DNA of 64,000 nucleotides from Amphiscolops sp. MND2022 (GCA_964187785.1 OZ076418.1:36146001-36210000), one strand, 5' to 3'; positions 1 through 13,753 are shown, counted from the first letter of the stretch. Numbers and translations are program-made. Notes: generated by a model from the sequence alone, not told the origin.

Positions 1-323
1 TTCTCATCGATTATGTTTGACAAATTAACCATGAAAAAATTGTTTCTTCTAAATCTACTCAAGAGAATGAATTTCAAGGCAAAATAACCAAATTTTTTAA
101 TACTTTAGAAGCACTTTCACTTCTGCTTTTTTATTGCTTTTTCAAAGTTTCAGTTTTTATTGCTTTTTCAAAGTTGATGACTGGATATTTCCGACGTTCT
201 CAAATTACAGTAAAAAAGCATAAAAGTCCTGATGAGCACTTGGATAGAAACATGAGAGCAAATAGTTGCAATAATCATTCAAGAATGACAGAGTTTTTGA
301 AATAGTCGAAACTTTTGTTTCAG

Positions 324-3300
324 AGCTACAGCCACTCAGCCCGGGAAACATTTTGGAATGCAAGACCTGAAAAGAATAGGATTGGTTTTCGGAGAATCTC
401 TCTTTGAGTACTCGAAAATCATTTCGGATCAAATGTAAGTTCAGCAAGCTTCATATATTTTGAGATTATAATTATGTGAATTGAGTTAGTTCTCTATTGT
501 TTTAACGTCTCTCTTCTTCCATTAAAAGGTCTAAAAAACTATCGTGAGTCTTTCGTTTTCTAACAATAGCTGTTAATGTTTCCCATAATTTTCATTTAAC
601 AGAATACCAGGGTTGATTTTTGAAAAAAAACTGCTCTGAGGATTTTTTCGAGAGAGGCATACTTCAGAAAAAAGTGGATTCTCGCAAAATGCTAAATGCA
701 TAATCGCTGTGTACCCTAGTTCATGAAAAAAATGCAATCCATACAAGATTCTTGCAAGATCTTTGCAAGCAATGCATTGTTCGCAAGGATCTAGAAAGGA
801 GTCCATTTTGAGCAATCATCTTGCAAGATTATTTCAAGGAACCCAAAGAAAGTACATTATCTTGCAAGATCCTTGCAATGAACGTATTTGTTCTCGATCA
901 GGGTATATTAAACATTCGTTGAAAAATCTAGTAAGAATGTGTAGTATTTTGACGTTGTAGACCTTGAAAATTTGTAAATTCTTGCAAGATCTTTCAAAGT
1001 ATGTGTACTTCACTAGCAAAGAAAATACTTGAACATTACTCCAACGTTGCATACCAATCCGCTGTTTTATCCGAGATACTCTACTAGAAAGATGGCAAGT
1101 TTATAAACTGACTGAAAGTCATGTAAACTAGATTCTAAACAAATTTATAAGCATGTCAGATTTGTTTAAATATCGTATGATATTTCAAATTATGAAGAAC
1201 CATTTTCTTTTCAATGTGCTATGAAGTTGCGATCTCTAATATTCTTTATTCGGAACCTTTCGTACCGTTCTTTGAAAAGCGTTGGTCGCGACGCAAAATG
1301 CTAGAGACCAATTTTGTCGAGTTGATCATGTTCTTTTTTTAACTCCAATTTTTTCTTTTAGAACCCTTGAAGAAAAAATACAAAAAAAATCAACCTTGGT
1401 TTTTATCATTTGTCCACGACAAATAACATCCATGACTAGTTATAACTAGTAAATAATTATGTATAATTAACACTAATCTACAAATTAATACTAATCTACA
1501 ATCACGAGTAGCATCTCGATTACACTGAACGCATGAACACTTAATTTTTTGGTTTCATCTTAAAATTTCATCATATCACAGAAATATTTAGTTCACTATT
1601 TAGGTTACAACGTAGCGTACTATTTTCCGTTCGACCCTTCCTTACCTTCAAAAAACCAAGAGTTAGTTTATTTAAAAACAAATTCAGGCTTTTTGAATTT
1701 TCAAATGCCAAAAAAAAACAAATCAAAAAATTGAAATGGCACTTTCTGGTTGCTTTAAAAAATCCAAACTAAATTCTGGTAGATCTCAAAAAAAATCAAA
1801 AATTAAGTTACGCTGCCTCAAGTTGTATAGATAATTATCACTTATTCAGTCGTGTAAAAGACCAGTATGTTCGATTTTGATCCTAAACAGTTGGTTTTTT
1901 GGCATGAAAACTGCATTTTGAAAATGAGATTTTTTTCGATATAATTTTGGGCCAGAAACAACAATTTTGAGAAGAACGATTACTTGATAGCTTTCCTTTT
2001 AGGGCACAGCACGACTACATTCTAGAGCTGACCCGAGTTATAGCGCATCAGATGATTGACCAATCATGTCTCGCGAAGCAGGAAGATGACGTAACCGAAG
2101 ATGTTCGGCAAGGTTTGCTCAACGAAGCAGACATTAAAGCCAAGAAGGAGGAACACCTCGCTTTTCTGAAGGCTGCCAAAGCTGAGAAAGATAAAGCCGG
2201 TCTGTTTTGTTTTAATGAAAAATGAAAAGAAGCCTAATTCAAGAAATCTTGCCAGAATTTTTCAGTTTTCTTTCCATGATTTAAACTCTTCAGTCGGCAC
2301 TTCTGCAGATATTTGAATAAGGCCTGTCGAAACGATAGATTTAGGATGAAAAATATTTAAAACTTTCTTTTGACGCCACCGAAAAGTCACTCCTTTGAAG
2401 GTTATGGTTTTTCACGGTTTGCTAAACTAGAAGATACCGAGGAATAACTCACTTTGGTTTCCTTTTGACACTGTGATTTTTCCTGAGAAAAAATTATTTC
2501 ACTATAGAAGGCCCCTTTTGGTTTTTTGATGTTTTCAGTTTCAAAGAAGTGTGTTTCGAGCATAAAATTCCCCATTGGGAAATTTTAGACTGTGAGAGTT
2601 TTTTTAACAATTCAACAACTTTCTTTATACACATATACCTCTGTACCTCTATATAAACAACTTTTTGAAAGCAATCGATGCTCAGAATCATCGAGCAAAG
2701 CGCGAGCTGAAGTTAGTCTGAAAATTCAGTTTAACCAAAATACCTCACGATTTTGTTTGTTAGTACGATCATTGTACGATAGTTTCCTCGTACAATGATC
2801 ATGATCATGCCAAGATGTTACCATGACGACCATGTTTCATAGTTATTATTGACCATGTTTTCTAGATCAAAAAAGTGGGTGTCAGGACATTTCAACCTAT
2901 GCATTTTCAACCGTTGCCATTTCAACTGCTCACAATTTCAACCTATTGCATTCTCAACCGTCCGCAATTTCGACCTAAACTAATTTTGGCTTTAGTCTTA
3001 ATTTAGTCCTAATTCGGTTGAGCTATTATCTCAGTACAATATTTACTAATGAGTCAAACAGCCCTAATTAATGGTAATTATTCATGAAGAAGCCAAAACG
3101 TATCAAAAGTGGCGCAAAAATTAGCACATTTGAATTTAGAAATGTATGAAAGCTAAAACCACCAAAATAATTATGTAACTAATTATGATCCATTAGCCAA
3201 AATTAGTTTAAGTCGAAATTGCGGACGATTGAAAATGCAATAGGTTGAAATTGTGAGCGGTTGAAATGGCAACAGTTGAAGTTGCATAGGTTGAAAGTGC

Positions 3301-6300
3301 ATAGGACGAAATGTCATGTAACCCTGATGTCCCTATGCTGTATTTTCAGCGAAGCACTCAATTCGTTATTGATATACATCGTGACAAAAACGTAGCCTCC
3401 TTTGGTTTCAAAGTGAACTCTTTTGAACCTAAGCAACCTGAGCCTCATCCATTTTATCACGAACTGGTTTTTCTTTTCAGTTGCCGAAGTTGCAAGTTTA
3501 TTGACCAAGACGAAAAACCTGAAAGATTGCTTAAAGCTTTTGGAGAAGATAAAACGAGCCGATATGTCTGTCCTTTCCGAGTGAGTAAAAAATCCTTTTT
3601 TAATACTTTGACATTCAAGATATTTATTTATTTATTCATTTGTTTACTCATTTTTAGCACAGATGACTCAGACAGTACTTCAGAATCGGAGTTTCTGGAT
3701 CCAAAAAGTGCCAAAACCAAAAAGAAGTTGAGATCACGACGGAAGTTCATCTTACAGGAGCAGCGAAAAGTATGTTGAATTTCTTTTTATTAAAGATTTA
3801 AAATTGAGTTGTTACAATCTGAGCACATTGAAGAGTTTTTAGAAGAAAAGAACACAATTTCAGTGAAAAGATTTTTCTGAATTTTGCAATGATTATAGAT
3901 AAATTGAAAGGAACTAAATTTATTGAAATCCCTGCGCACTTGAAAATATCTATATTGGTTAATTTAGAATAATTAATCTAAACAAACCAGTATAGATTTC
4001 TTTCAAAACGTAAGCAAAACAGTTAAACTTTTTTTCTCGCGTAAACTTTTTCATATACGTTCATTTCATCCAGGTCATATACAAACTTGCAAAACTACAG
4101 CGAAAATAGTAGAGAAAACCACGTGAAAACTCAGTACTGACACAATGTTCGTTTTCTCGTGATGTTCTGAGTTCTATCATAAGAAACTACAGTCCTCTTG
4201 AAACCCGAGGAATGTACACTTGAAATTCATCCCATTCCTATAATCTCACGAAATGTTTATCCAGATTCCTGTGCCCGAATCAACAATGTCTTCTGGCAAG
4301 CAGGAACTGGTGTCTCCCTCTAAGAAGAACCTGGCCTCCATGTCTATGTACCAGTCACCATACCAAGGCAGGAGTGGCGGGGGGTACCCCATATTCACAG
4401 AGGAGCGCATCTTGGACCGCAAGTTCAAAGTCAGTAGTCAATTGAAGTTTGAAAACATTAAATACCTTTAAATGCATGAACAAAAAAGATGTAGTTTTTG
4501 TGAAAGCTACCTAACACTATTACAGATGAAACAACTTTTGATTTCAATTCATCTAGATGGATACTGCCTCCTTTTCATATTCATTTCAAATGTTTGAAGT
4601 ACATTGTATTAAAATGTTCAGCTTTTCCCACCTGGAAGATCATAACTGAATCTGTTACGAGATTCAAAAAAAACTTATGAAGGTAACTTCTCAGATTACA
4701 CAAACTAGAATTCAAAAAGCATCCTGCATTTTAGATAGGATTCGAGATCTTACTCTCAAAGTCAAGCGAAGATCTTGTTTCAGGTGTATAGTCAAGATGT
4801 TTTTGTTGAGTACACAAATTTCCATGAGTAATGGTTGTTTGTTGAAATTTTTCTAAATTTTTTAAAACTCAATAGTGATAATGAAGGAAACTTATCAAAT
4901 TTGTTTTAGAAACCAGCCAAAAGAGTAGCAGTTGGGCCGTATTCACGAAACACTTTAATGCAGAATGGGTATGCATCGATGATCATACCAACTGCAGCCA
5001 CAACTGACAATGAAGATCTTTCTGTTAGCTCCGATTCCATCTAATTCGACCTTCAATTCTTCTAGAATATTCTAGAACATTTATTCTACGAACTTCTAGA
5101 ATCTTCCACATGATTTACGAATCGAACTGAAACTTTTAGTCAAGCATAATAAATTGATGTCAATTGTTAGATGATATATTGCAAACAAAATGTCGATACA
5201 GAACTTAAGAAACTTTGCATCCACGAAACTAAAAATTATCGGAAAATGTTACAAACTATCGGCATTTTCGATGACGTCATATGCAAAATGCAAAAACTTG
5301 TTGATTTTCAGACGCAGACATTCATGCAAAAAATCTTACGTAGAAACAACAGCAACAACAACAACAACAACAACAAATTTTGAGTAATTCTTTGCTACTG
5401 GCAAACTAAAAATTCTAACTGATGTTCTCTGATATATTACAATTATACGTGTATCAATTGGGCTAACTTCTTATCGTATGGTTCCTCAGGAGTCAGTGCG
5501 TGACCCTTTACATATCGTTCACCCGGGTACCAACTCCCCCCAAGATTCGATGGGTAAAGGACAGCACCTGTGTACCAGCTACAGGGAAGACCAGTACCAA
5601 CCATCTTCTTACGTGGAAAAGGAGCACTTTCTGGTGACGTCACCGGAAATCCCCGTGACAGAGCTGGAAACTGTCAAATCCAAATTGCGCCAAAATAAAC
5701 TAGTAAGTCGCCGAAAAACCAAGTGTTTAACTTCTACAGTGATTTCTTCCTCAAATGGAAAGAGGCAATCAATAAAACCTTACACAGCACATTTATCCTA
5801 TATGAAAACCAAAATTTGTCGTTCTTATTGACGATATATTGGACTAACTGGGAACAGTTGTTACTTCTGTCAATATAGGTTTTTCCGAGCCACCGGCAGA
5901 AAGTAACTGGAAAAAAGTGAAAATTTTCAAAAAACTTGCTTTTCTCAATAACTGAGGAAATGTTTGCTAAGTTACTGTCCCACTCTAGCAACACTGTAGG
6001 CCACCATTGAAACCGCATATAGAAGTTTTTTCAATGAAGCTTCAGCTATGTTCGATCGGCATTTCAAAAGAAATTATTTCTAACGAGAGAAAAAACTCAT
6101 ACGAGAAGAAAAAGTGCGATTTCTATTGGAGAAGAACACATTTATTGGAGAAAAACCCATTGAAGAAAAACCCAGTTTATTTTTGAAATTATGACACTAT
6201 GAGTCCAATTTACAGCATTTCTACAGAAAAAGATTCATTTTTTCAGATTTCAAAGCACAGTCGAGCAACGTCGGCGACCCCAACATGCACCAAAGACTCC

Positions 6301-7229
6301 TCGTCCTCTGCGAGTGTGAACAAAAGGTCAATGACCCCGGTCAAGAACCTGTTCATGGACACGTTCGGGGTCGATAGGCAACAACAACTGCATTGGGGGG
6401 AAATAGGTAAAGGGGCTTAAACGTATTTTGTATATATTGTCCACAGTAAAAAAAATTTCTGCGCAATTAAACATTTTAACAAAAATTTCTGCACAATTAA
6501 ACATTTTAACAAAAGAATGTTCCCCACCATAAAATTTTTTAAACTGGCTAGATTAGAAGTGAAGTCTTTTCTCCATAAAAGGGCATTAACCTATATTGGA
6601 ATAGTTTTACGTTTGAACAAAACATTTTTCACACACTTGGACTCTGATCAGCTTCAAAAATAAACTGTTTTCTGTATGACTATAAAAAGGAAGCTGTTGA
6701 TAATTAATCAAAAATGCGTGACTTCATACGGAATGAGTGTGAAGAAAGTTTGTATCTGAATCCTAAACTGTCACTTTGACATTAAATTGAAAATTTTTTG
6801 GTTTGTTTTTAGTGTTTTTGTCATGCTATTTTCACTAAATGGGGGCATAAAAGAACCAAGAGTATTACTATCAAACACTGTCTGAGATCTAAACACTCAG
6901 ACATCAAGTTCTAAATTGTCATATTACGTAATACTTACGTAATATTAACCTTTGTACAATCTTTGATTCCCCTTATTCCAGGCTCCAACAAATCTCGGCC
7001 CAGTCGCGCCCCCAGCAGTACCTTAGTCTACGGCAACTGTGGAGTTGGGGCACCCAAGTCTACAATATCCACACCCCCCATTTCCCATAACACCCACAAC
7101 AGTAGCAACAACCGTTCCCTCCACAGCAATGGGGGAGAATCCTTAGCACTCAAAGCCCTCTTCAGTGGGGGGCAAGCCGTTGATAGAACAAGCGGCACTA
7201 TCATTTCGTATTATATCAAAAAGAAATAA
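324..7229 (+). CDS. 3' portion of an unidentified multi-exon protein-coding gene (~470 codons seen; helical/coiled N-part, Ser/Pro-rich C-part)
   Basis: Ten GT-AG exons join in phase without stops: 324-434, 2003-2199, 3481-3580, 3658-3769, 4265-4429, 4735-4783, 4910-4968, 5490-5702, 6247-6406, 6982-7229(TAA). Joined reading: ...FGESLFEYSKIISDQ-M-AQHDYILELTRVIAHQ...KAEKDKA-V-AEVASLLTKTKNLKDCLK...GTIISYYIKKK*. No family recognised; 5' exons not found. Confidence 0.75.
713..1030. repeat. Intronic repeat with multiple CTTGCAAGAT motifs (MITE-like)
   Basis: About six copies of the near-palindromic (T)CTTGCAAGAT between ~750 and ~995; boundaries approximate. Confidence 0.45.
2877..3324. mobile_element. 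Foldback/MITE with ~115-bp inverted arms built of TTTCAACC-type subrepeats
   Basis: 2877-2990 is the reverse complement of ~3195-3324 (GGGTGTCAGGACATTTC... / ...GAAATGTCATGTAACCC). No clear TSD. Confidence 0.75.
5345..5376 (+). repeat. (AAC)n microsatellite
   Basis: About 10 AAC units with one AGC, intronic. Confidence 0.9.
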
Positions 7230-8475
7230 TGATTGCAAATTTCAATGTTACTGTGTATCGTTCTATTTTTCAAATTTAACGAATGATTTGAACAATAATT
7301 CAAGAAATTTTATTCTATTTCAATGATGTTCATAAATCTAATGGTGTTATTAGCTTTCACAATTTATGCATAGATATACACAGCATTGTTAAAGTGTTCG
7401 ACTTTTTGACCGAGGTCTTTTAAAATTTTTTTTCAAGTTTGGAAATTACTGCGAGGATCTCGATAAGTCCCGGTGTCTCGAATACACTGATTACTTGGCA
7501 GAAAACAAACAGTTTTCACTTCTCGACATATTTTCACTTTGAAAAGAAGACCATATTTTGATATCAGTATTGAATTTAAAAAAACATTCTACAGGTTTTG
7601 ACGGTAATCAGATTGTGCCCTCAGAGGTACAAATCATCAAACCATGATAATTCTGACAAGGTTACTGCTAGATTCACACAAAATTCGATTTCCGCAAGCT
7701 GCCCGCAAAGCTGAGAGAAATTCATGTGTTTCTCAAAATATCAGCCTCCATCTGAGAATTAGAGCTCCGCATTTTGCAAACACGTCCCCGTATTCTGCAA
7801 AATTTTGTAGATTTCACTTATTGGTTACATTACTCAGAAAAGTTTTAGAAGACCAATTTCAACCCATGATTTTATAGACCAAAATCAGAATAAATCACAT
7901 GTAAATTCATCTTATAGAATTAAATCTAGAATATAACGTTGTCACAATGTTTTCTTTCTTCGAAAACAGTTTCCTTTTTTAATAAAAGTCACAATGTTCT
8001 TTTACATCGAAGACATTTGGAAGCAGCTCCAGTTTTCAGGTGGAATCTAAAGGGCACCCTAACAGTATCCACAACACACAGCACAGTGTGAAATTCTTAT
8101 TTTGAAGCCCAGCAACGATTTTTTTGTCAAAAACAACGAACGAGCATACAAAAACTCAAAATTTCTCTGTTTGTTTTGAGACTTCTGCTTTGAAATGCTT
8201 CAGGTCATCGCGGGTATTCCTGAACTGCTGAAATTTTGGTATCAGTAAAGCCGATGAAAACTCAGAAAAAGTTACTCACAAAAGCATGCACAAGTTCAAA
8301 AACTTTGCCCGAAGGGTGTTAGCTTAGTTTCTTGAACTTTTTATTTTCCAGCGAACCAGCTTGCATATATCCAAACTATATCGGAACTAGTTGCTATAAC
8401 GAGCAAGCCAGGATCGGCCCGAGTTGGTGCCACTCTAAGAGCTCATTAAAGCGTAGAGAAGTATTTTTAAAACAC

Positions 8476-8802
8476 TTAGTGTTGGACGCCTGTGTGCGGA
8501 GCGATAAAGTCGTAGGAGCAACGTCCACTTGTCTCGGCATTTGGTTCTAATGATTTCATCGTTAACATTTTCAGGGTTGCAATTTCGCTTTGGAGCCGGC
8601 CAAACCTTTCTTCATTTTCCTGTTGAGTCTCATCAGTAACCAAAGATGGAGGAGATCTAACTTGTCCTCGTTCATTCGAAACACTTTTTATATCTTCCAT
8701 TTTGTTATTGGTTTTACTTTGTGAAGAATTTGGTTCTGAATTCAATTTAATTGGAATTTCGGCTTTCCCGTTTTTGAGTCTTTTGGGAGGGAGATCGCTC
8801 AT
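8476..8802 (-). pseudogene. Probable retroelement gag/ORF1-like N-terminal remnant
   Basis: MSDLPPKRLKNGK...EERFGRLQSEIATLK (basic NLS-like start plus short coiled coil) after a CT-rich leader; continuation degenerates. Assignment by general resemblance only. Confidence 0.3.
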
Positions 8803-10752
8803 ACGATGAGGAAAAAGTAGAGTTTGTAGGATAGGAGTTGAATTGTAGAAATCGAAGAGCAAGTTACTAGAATTTACAGGTAAAGGTAAGTGATAAAGAT
8901 AGTAAGCTTTGTAACGTAGATTTTGGTCTAATGGTATTTGGTCGGTAGCTTCTCGGAGGTAGGTGGTTAGACGTTTTTCTCACCACCTGGCACTCTCATC
9001 GGTTTAACAACGAGGTACTACTTAGAATTCGATATCGGTCACGTGACCGGTTAACGTCTTTTATGTTGGAGGGCTACCAACTTCAAAATTACGCGCCAAA
9101 GTAATTTCAACTTGATTTGCATGAATACATAATGAGTTTGAAGCACGTTGTGTAATTTACACCTTTGAGTCATTGAAAAGTGGTTAGACTAATCAAATGA
9201 CATCAAAAAGAAGAAGTTTGAACCTTTGGAAACTAATTTGTGCTTTTTCATTGTGGCGGAGATAAAAGAGATGCTTTCACTGTGATTAGGTGGCTAATGA
9301 ATGGTAAAAATGTACTGCATCATTTAGATATCGTTTTCTACTGTATGTGAGGGTAATCCACCACGTAGATGTGAAAACGAAAACTGATTTTCACTTTGTG
9401 AGGATAACAGAATTGATGACGTGAAAACGATGACATGTTGTAAAGGGCTTTCGTAAAGGGGGACGGAAATTCATCATTTTGCCATCGTTAGTGCATAATG
9501 GAGAAATCGATGAAGGGGCGATGAAGGAGCGATGAATGAATTCCATCGTTCTTTCATGGTGGGGTATGAGATGAGATTATTCACCAGGACGATGTAGAAA
9601 CGATAGAAGAATCCCATCTTATTTACATTGTCAGCGTTTAAGCACTATCAATTGAAAGAACTTTACAACAGTTGCTATATTAACGATGAGGAAAATTCAT
9701 CTTTTTATATCGTTTTATGAATTTTTGTTAGCTGCATCGCTCATGCGATGGGATATTGATGATATTTGAAATTAGGTCATGCAAGTTCGTCCTGAGGCTC
9801 GACGCGCCGTCGTCTTACATTTTTTGTCGTTTTATCATCGGTTTGCATAATTTCAATGTTTTGGTTTTCCTCTTACTTGTGACATATTTACCGCTGGGTG
9901 TTTGAACCCTGTTTCAAACAGATGCACAAATTTGGTTGAGGAGGCTCATAATACATAATACATTTTTCTAACTCAGGGTAGGGGATTAGGATAGTAACGT
10001 AAACTTGCGCACAACCATAAACTTATTATATGACTTCATATTGCCCATAATTATGTACATAAGATATTTAAAGTACATTACTTATATTAATAGATCTATA
10101 TTTCCTTCATGAGATTTAGTGCTTTTTAAGGTGAGCTGAAGAAAGAAACCCAGTCACTGTATTTGCTTTTTTATTTGCTGCAAAGAAAACGCCCATTGAA
10201 AATTACAGTCAGAATAGCTCTTGTGATCAAATGTTTTCCGTTGAAAATCATGTTTGGAATTTCAAGAGTCCATCCGTAGAGCTGTATCAACAAATAGCGT
10301 TGCCATGAAGCAGTCTCATCGTGAAATGACCAGATCTTTTCATCTTTTTGAGGTTATCAACAGTTTAGATGGAGATTTCCTAAAATTCCTACACAAACAC
10401 ACAAATTTTTCGGGAAACAATTTTGTCTGTTGTGCTCGACTTTATTAAGCTCCTTTAAATATTCAACAAAAAATTTGTAACGTTTTGTCGGATTTGAAGT
10501 GTCTTACTCTTTTTCCTCATTCAGCTGAGGGATCCTTGAATTACCGTCATTTTGATGCAAAAGAGCTTGGGTCACAATAAAAACTGAAAACTAACGTCCA
10601 CTTCTGCGTGCTACTTGAGAAGCGGTGATTACATCAGATGAGTAATTGAGAAATCATAGCGTGAAAACAATGTCTTTATCAAAAGAGTAACATCCGTTAT
10701 TTTGGTCATTGCATAGGCAACACAAATTTTACTCAGAATACACATCAGAAAC

Positions 10753-11179
10753 GGGAGCGGGACACAACAGTCGAGTTCAAACGGGACAAAACAGCCGATG
10801 TCCAAAATAGGACAAAACAGCCGATATTAAAACAAAACAAAATCGCAGATTAGTAAAATATTAAATCGTCGATTTTGTCAATTCGTAAGATTAGCAATCA
10901 ATAAAATTAATATTATAACGTAGTCAGCTATTTCACATACTCCTAGTGCCCTAAATGCAGGAGCGAATTTGCTACTCAATTTTGCTACTTTGCGAAGGGA
11001 GCGAAGCGACCGAGCCATACAACAAATATGAACCTCTTCAAGTAATTCAAGTTCCATGTATATTGGCTGTAGCAGCATCCATTTTGTTCCGTTTTGAAAA
11101 TCGGCTGTTTGTCCCGTTTTGAAAATCGGCTGTTTTGTCTCGTTTTAAAATCGGCTATTTTCTGTTTTGACCCGCATCC
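10753..11179. mobile_element. Mutator-like foldback MITE with 9-bp TSD
   Basis: Perfect TSD ATCAGAAAC (10744-10752, 11180-11188); GG..CC termini; arms of GGGACAAAACAGCCGAT subrepeats in inverted orientation. Confidence 0.85.
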
Positions 11180-11985
11180 ATCAGAAACGTCACGTTAAAG
11201 TGGTCAATATTGAATCAATTGGAAGTTTGTCTGATATCCGTCGATGGCTTCGATGGGACCAGGATGGCTATCTACAAAGTTCAGGAAGGCCTGGCGACTA
11301 ATTAGCACTCATCTCAATAAAAGCGCTGTGTCTGCTACGAAAATTGAATAAATTAGCTAAAGACTTGGAAAAGTATTGCCTCACTGCTACCAGAATTGGC
11401 GACGACAAAACGGGTATTTCATAATAAAGTAACGATAAATTGATTCATCTGGCCATAAACACTCCAAAGTAAGCTACTGATTACTTCACATGCAAACTTC
11501 GAAAAAAGTTGTTTTTCCACACAAACTGAACTTACCAAAGTTGATTTTTATATTTCATAGTTTTGTTTGTAGATTATTTTCCGGGCGCCCGATGTCCAGT
11601 AGGGATTTAAAAACAGTGGGGCTCCAGTTTGATGTAAGCGGTCTGTGTCGTCATCAAAAACTAGACTCACACTTTAGTTAAAACTACATGAACTTTTTGT
11701 ATGCATCAGGTTTTTTCATAATCTAAACATTTTGGACAGCTTGTAAACATCTGGCATAGTTTCACTGTGCTTTAATAATTTTAGCTAAGAAATCGGATTT
11801 CCGAGCCCCTAAGTCTTCTCCTTTGGATAGTTTCATCACTCCTATTTTTTTGGTTAAAAATTTCATATCACCAAAATGAGATTCGGATATATTCTGATGA
11901 TTTCACATAGAAAAAAAATCTTTTTATTTTGAAAAGTCACCCTTTGAATTTTGGAAAACATCATTAGTTGCGATCATTTAGTGTT

Positions 11986-13753
11986 TCAAACATTCAGATC
12001 ACACACTGAGAAATATAGCTCATATTCATTCACGTCGGATAAATAATGGTAATCGTCATAACGGAAATTCCCAACGTGGTACTGATGCCCGAAATTGTTA
12101 AAAATTTGCGAAGGGTCCCAAACAAGGAGACCATCGTCTATCAGGTTTCCATTCGGGTCAAGCCAGGTCACGTGATCATTTGTATATATTCCCAGCCAAT
12201 GAGACTGTCGGCTCTTTTCTGTTTTCAAACAACCCAACTCCTCTCTTCGAAACTCATTGAATTAATTGTTACAACAACCAAGAGAAAGTAAAGAACTCAC
12301 TTATTTAACATTTTACTTCTCATTTTTCGAGAGGTAAGCACCCATTGCTGGTTCGTTTTCACTATTTCCGTTTTCACCTCATCCGTTCATACAAGTGAAT
12401 CTACTCAAATTTGAAGTTCGTATAATGAAATCAAAAAATTAAAACTTACTATTTTTTGTGAACATTTTAATGATTTTTGTAATCCTTAAACTCGTTTTTC
12501 GTTTTCTTGAATTTTTGGATGAACTTTAACATCAACTAGGCAACATAATAGGGGAAATGATTCTCAGAAAAACTTTTTGTTTTAAGCTTTTTGTTTTAAG
12601 CCACATAAAAGAGCTGAATTGATAATTGAGCATACTTTCAATAAATCTAACTTCCATCAATCAACGAGAGTCATTCAGTGATGACAGTTATAGCTGCTCT
12701 GAGTTGATTAAAAGACCTTCGCTTTAGGTAATTTGAATGTTTAAAGAAATTACAGAAAAGAACCGCGCCTCTCCGAGTTTGTCGGATAAAAAATCCAACT
12801 GTTCCTTTGTTCCATCAACTTTCCAGAACAAGATGCCTTTTTGTTCACGGCAGTACGTCTCCGCTTCAGACCATGTTTTCAACTGTCGGACCCAAAGCAA
12901 CCAAGAAATGACTCTGTGTGGAGAACCTTCGGGACTTTTCCCACCATGGGCTGGTCGTAAGAGTTCGTTTCTCGTCTGGGTTTCCTTCCATTCGTTGTTG
13001 GTATCAATTATTGTCACCTTTTTTTTACAAGGATTGGATGTTGTATGTTTTGATTGACAAGAAGTTTGTTGTGCTTATTATCCTCCCTATGGCAGAATAG
13101 ATTGATAGGAGGGTTTATTCGTTGCCTTAATTTTCCGTACTTTAGTTGTTTTTTCATCATGAAACGGTTTTACATCACAGGCCAAAATTTGAGCCCAAAA
13201 AGAATAAAACGTTCAAAAACAAAAGGATCATATTCAGCATTTCATCAGTCTGCTTATTCCCAGAAATTTCCAATCCCGCTTTTTCTCCCCAGTCGCCCCA
13301 CTGGGCGTCAATCCGTTTTTGATTGATTTTGCATGCACTCAGCTCCAGATCATTTTGGATGTCCACTTTCCTGCGTTTTTCCTTACAAACAGGCATTTCC
13401 AGTTTCGAAATTCCCCAATAACTGCAAGAAGTACTTGTTGCGAAATTTGTTTCACTCTCAGGAGTCGAGTAAGCGTCTTGCGCAATAAGTTCGCAATGAA
13501 ATCGGCCACAAAAGTTAAATGAGAGACATTGCTGATTTCGATTGCAAGCCATTGCGCAACCTGTGAGAGAAGAAAATTTGAGAGGTTCGATAATTCGTGC
13601 TCTCAGCATTTGTCCCGGTTTAAAATCTTCATATGCAGTGGATTGTATAGCTTTTGTATCCATCTCCCAACATACTACACTAAATTGACTCAAAAAGATA
13701 AGAAAAAGAGCTGCATTAGCAATCAAGCGGGGAATAATTAGAATAGGAGACAT
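11986..13753 (-). CDS. Secreted PAN/Apple-domain + C-type-lectin-like protein (interrupted; gene or recent pseudogene)
   Basis: Hydrophobic signal peptide from ATG 13753; PAN/Apple Cys pattern (CAMACNRNQQCLSFNFC...C); WGDW motif to 13280; CTL N-half 13017-~12750 (KTWSEAETYC...LF); CTL C-half ~12210-11986 (HWLGIYT...W...DV...SVCDL*). Segments separated by non-coding inserts. Confidence 0.7.

Noticed and set aside
2686-2711. 26-nt micro-exon candidate (CAG|AATCATCG...GAA|GTTAGT)
   Set aside because: Exons 2003-2199 and 3481-3580 already join in phase; including it breaks the downstream frame.
3311-3778. 155-aa ORF
   Set aside because: Runs through MITE and intron sequence; the real exon 3481-3580 uses another frame.
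5171-5387. ORFs with poly-Asn/poly-Thr
   Set aside because: Translations of an intronic (AAC)n microsatellite.
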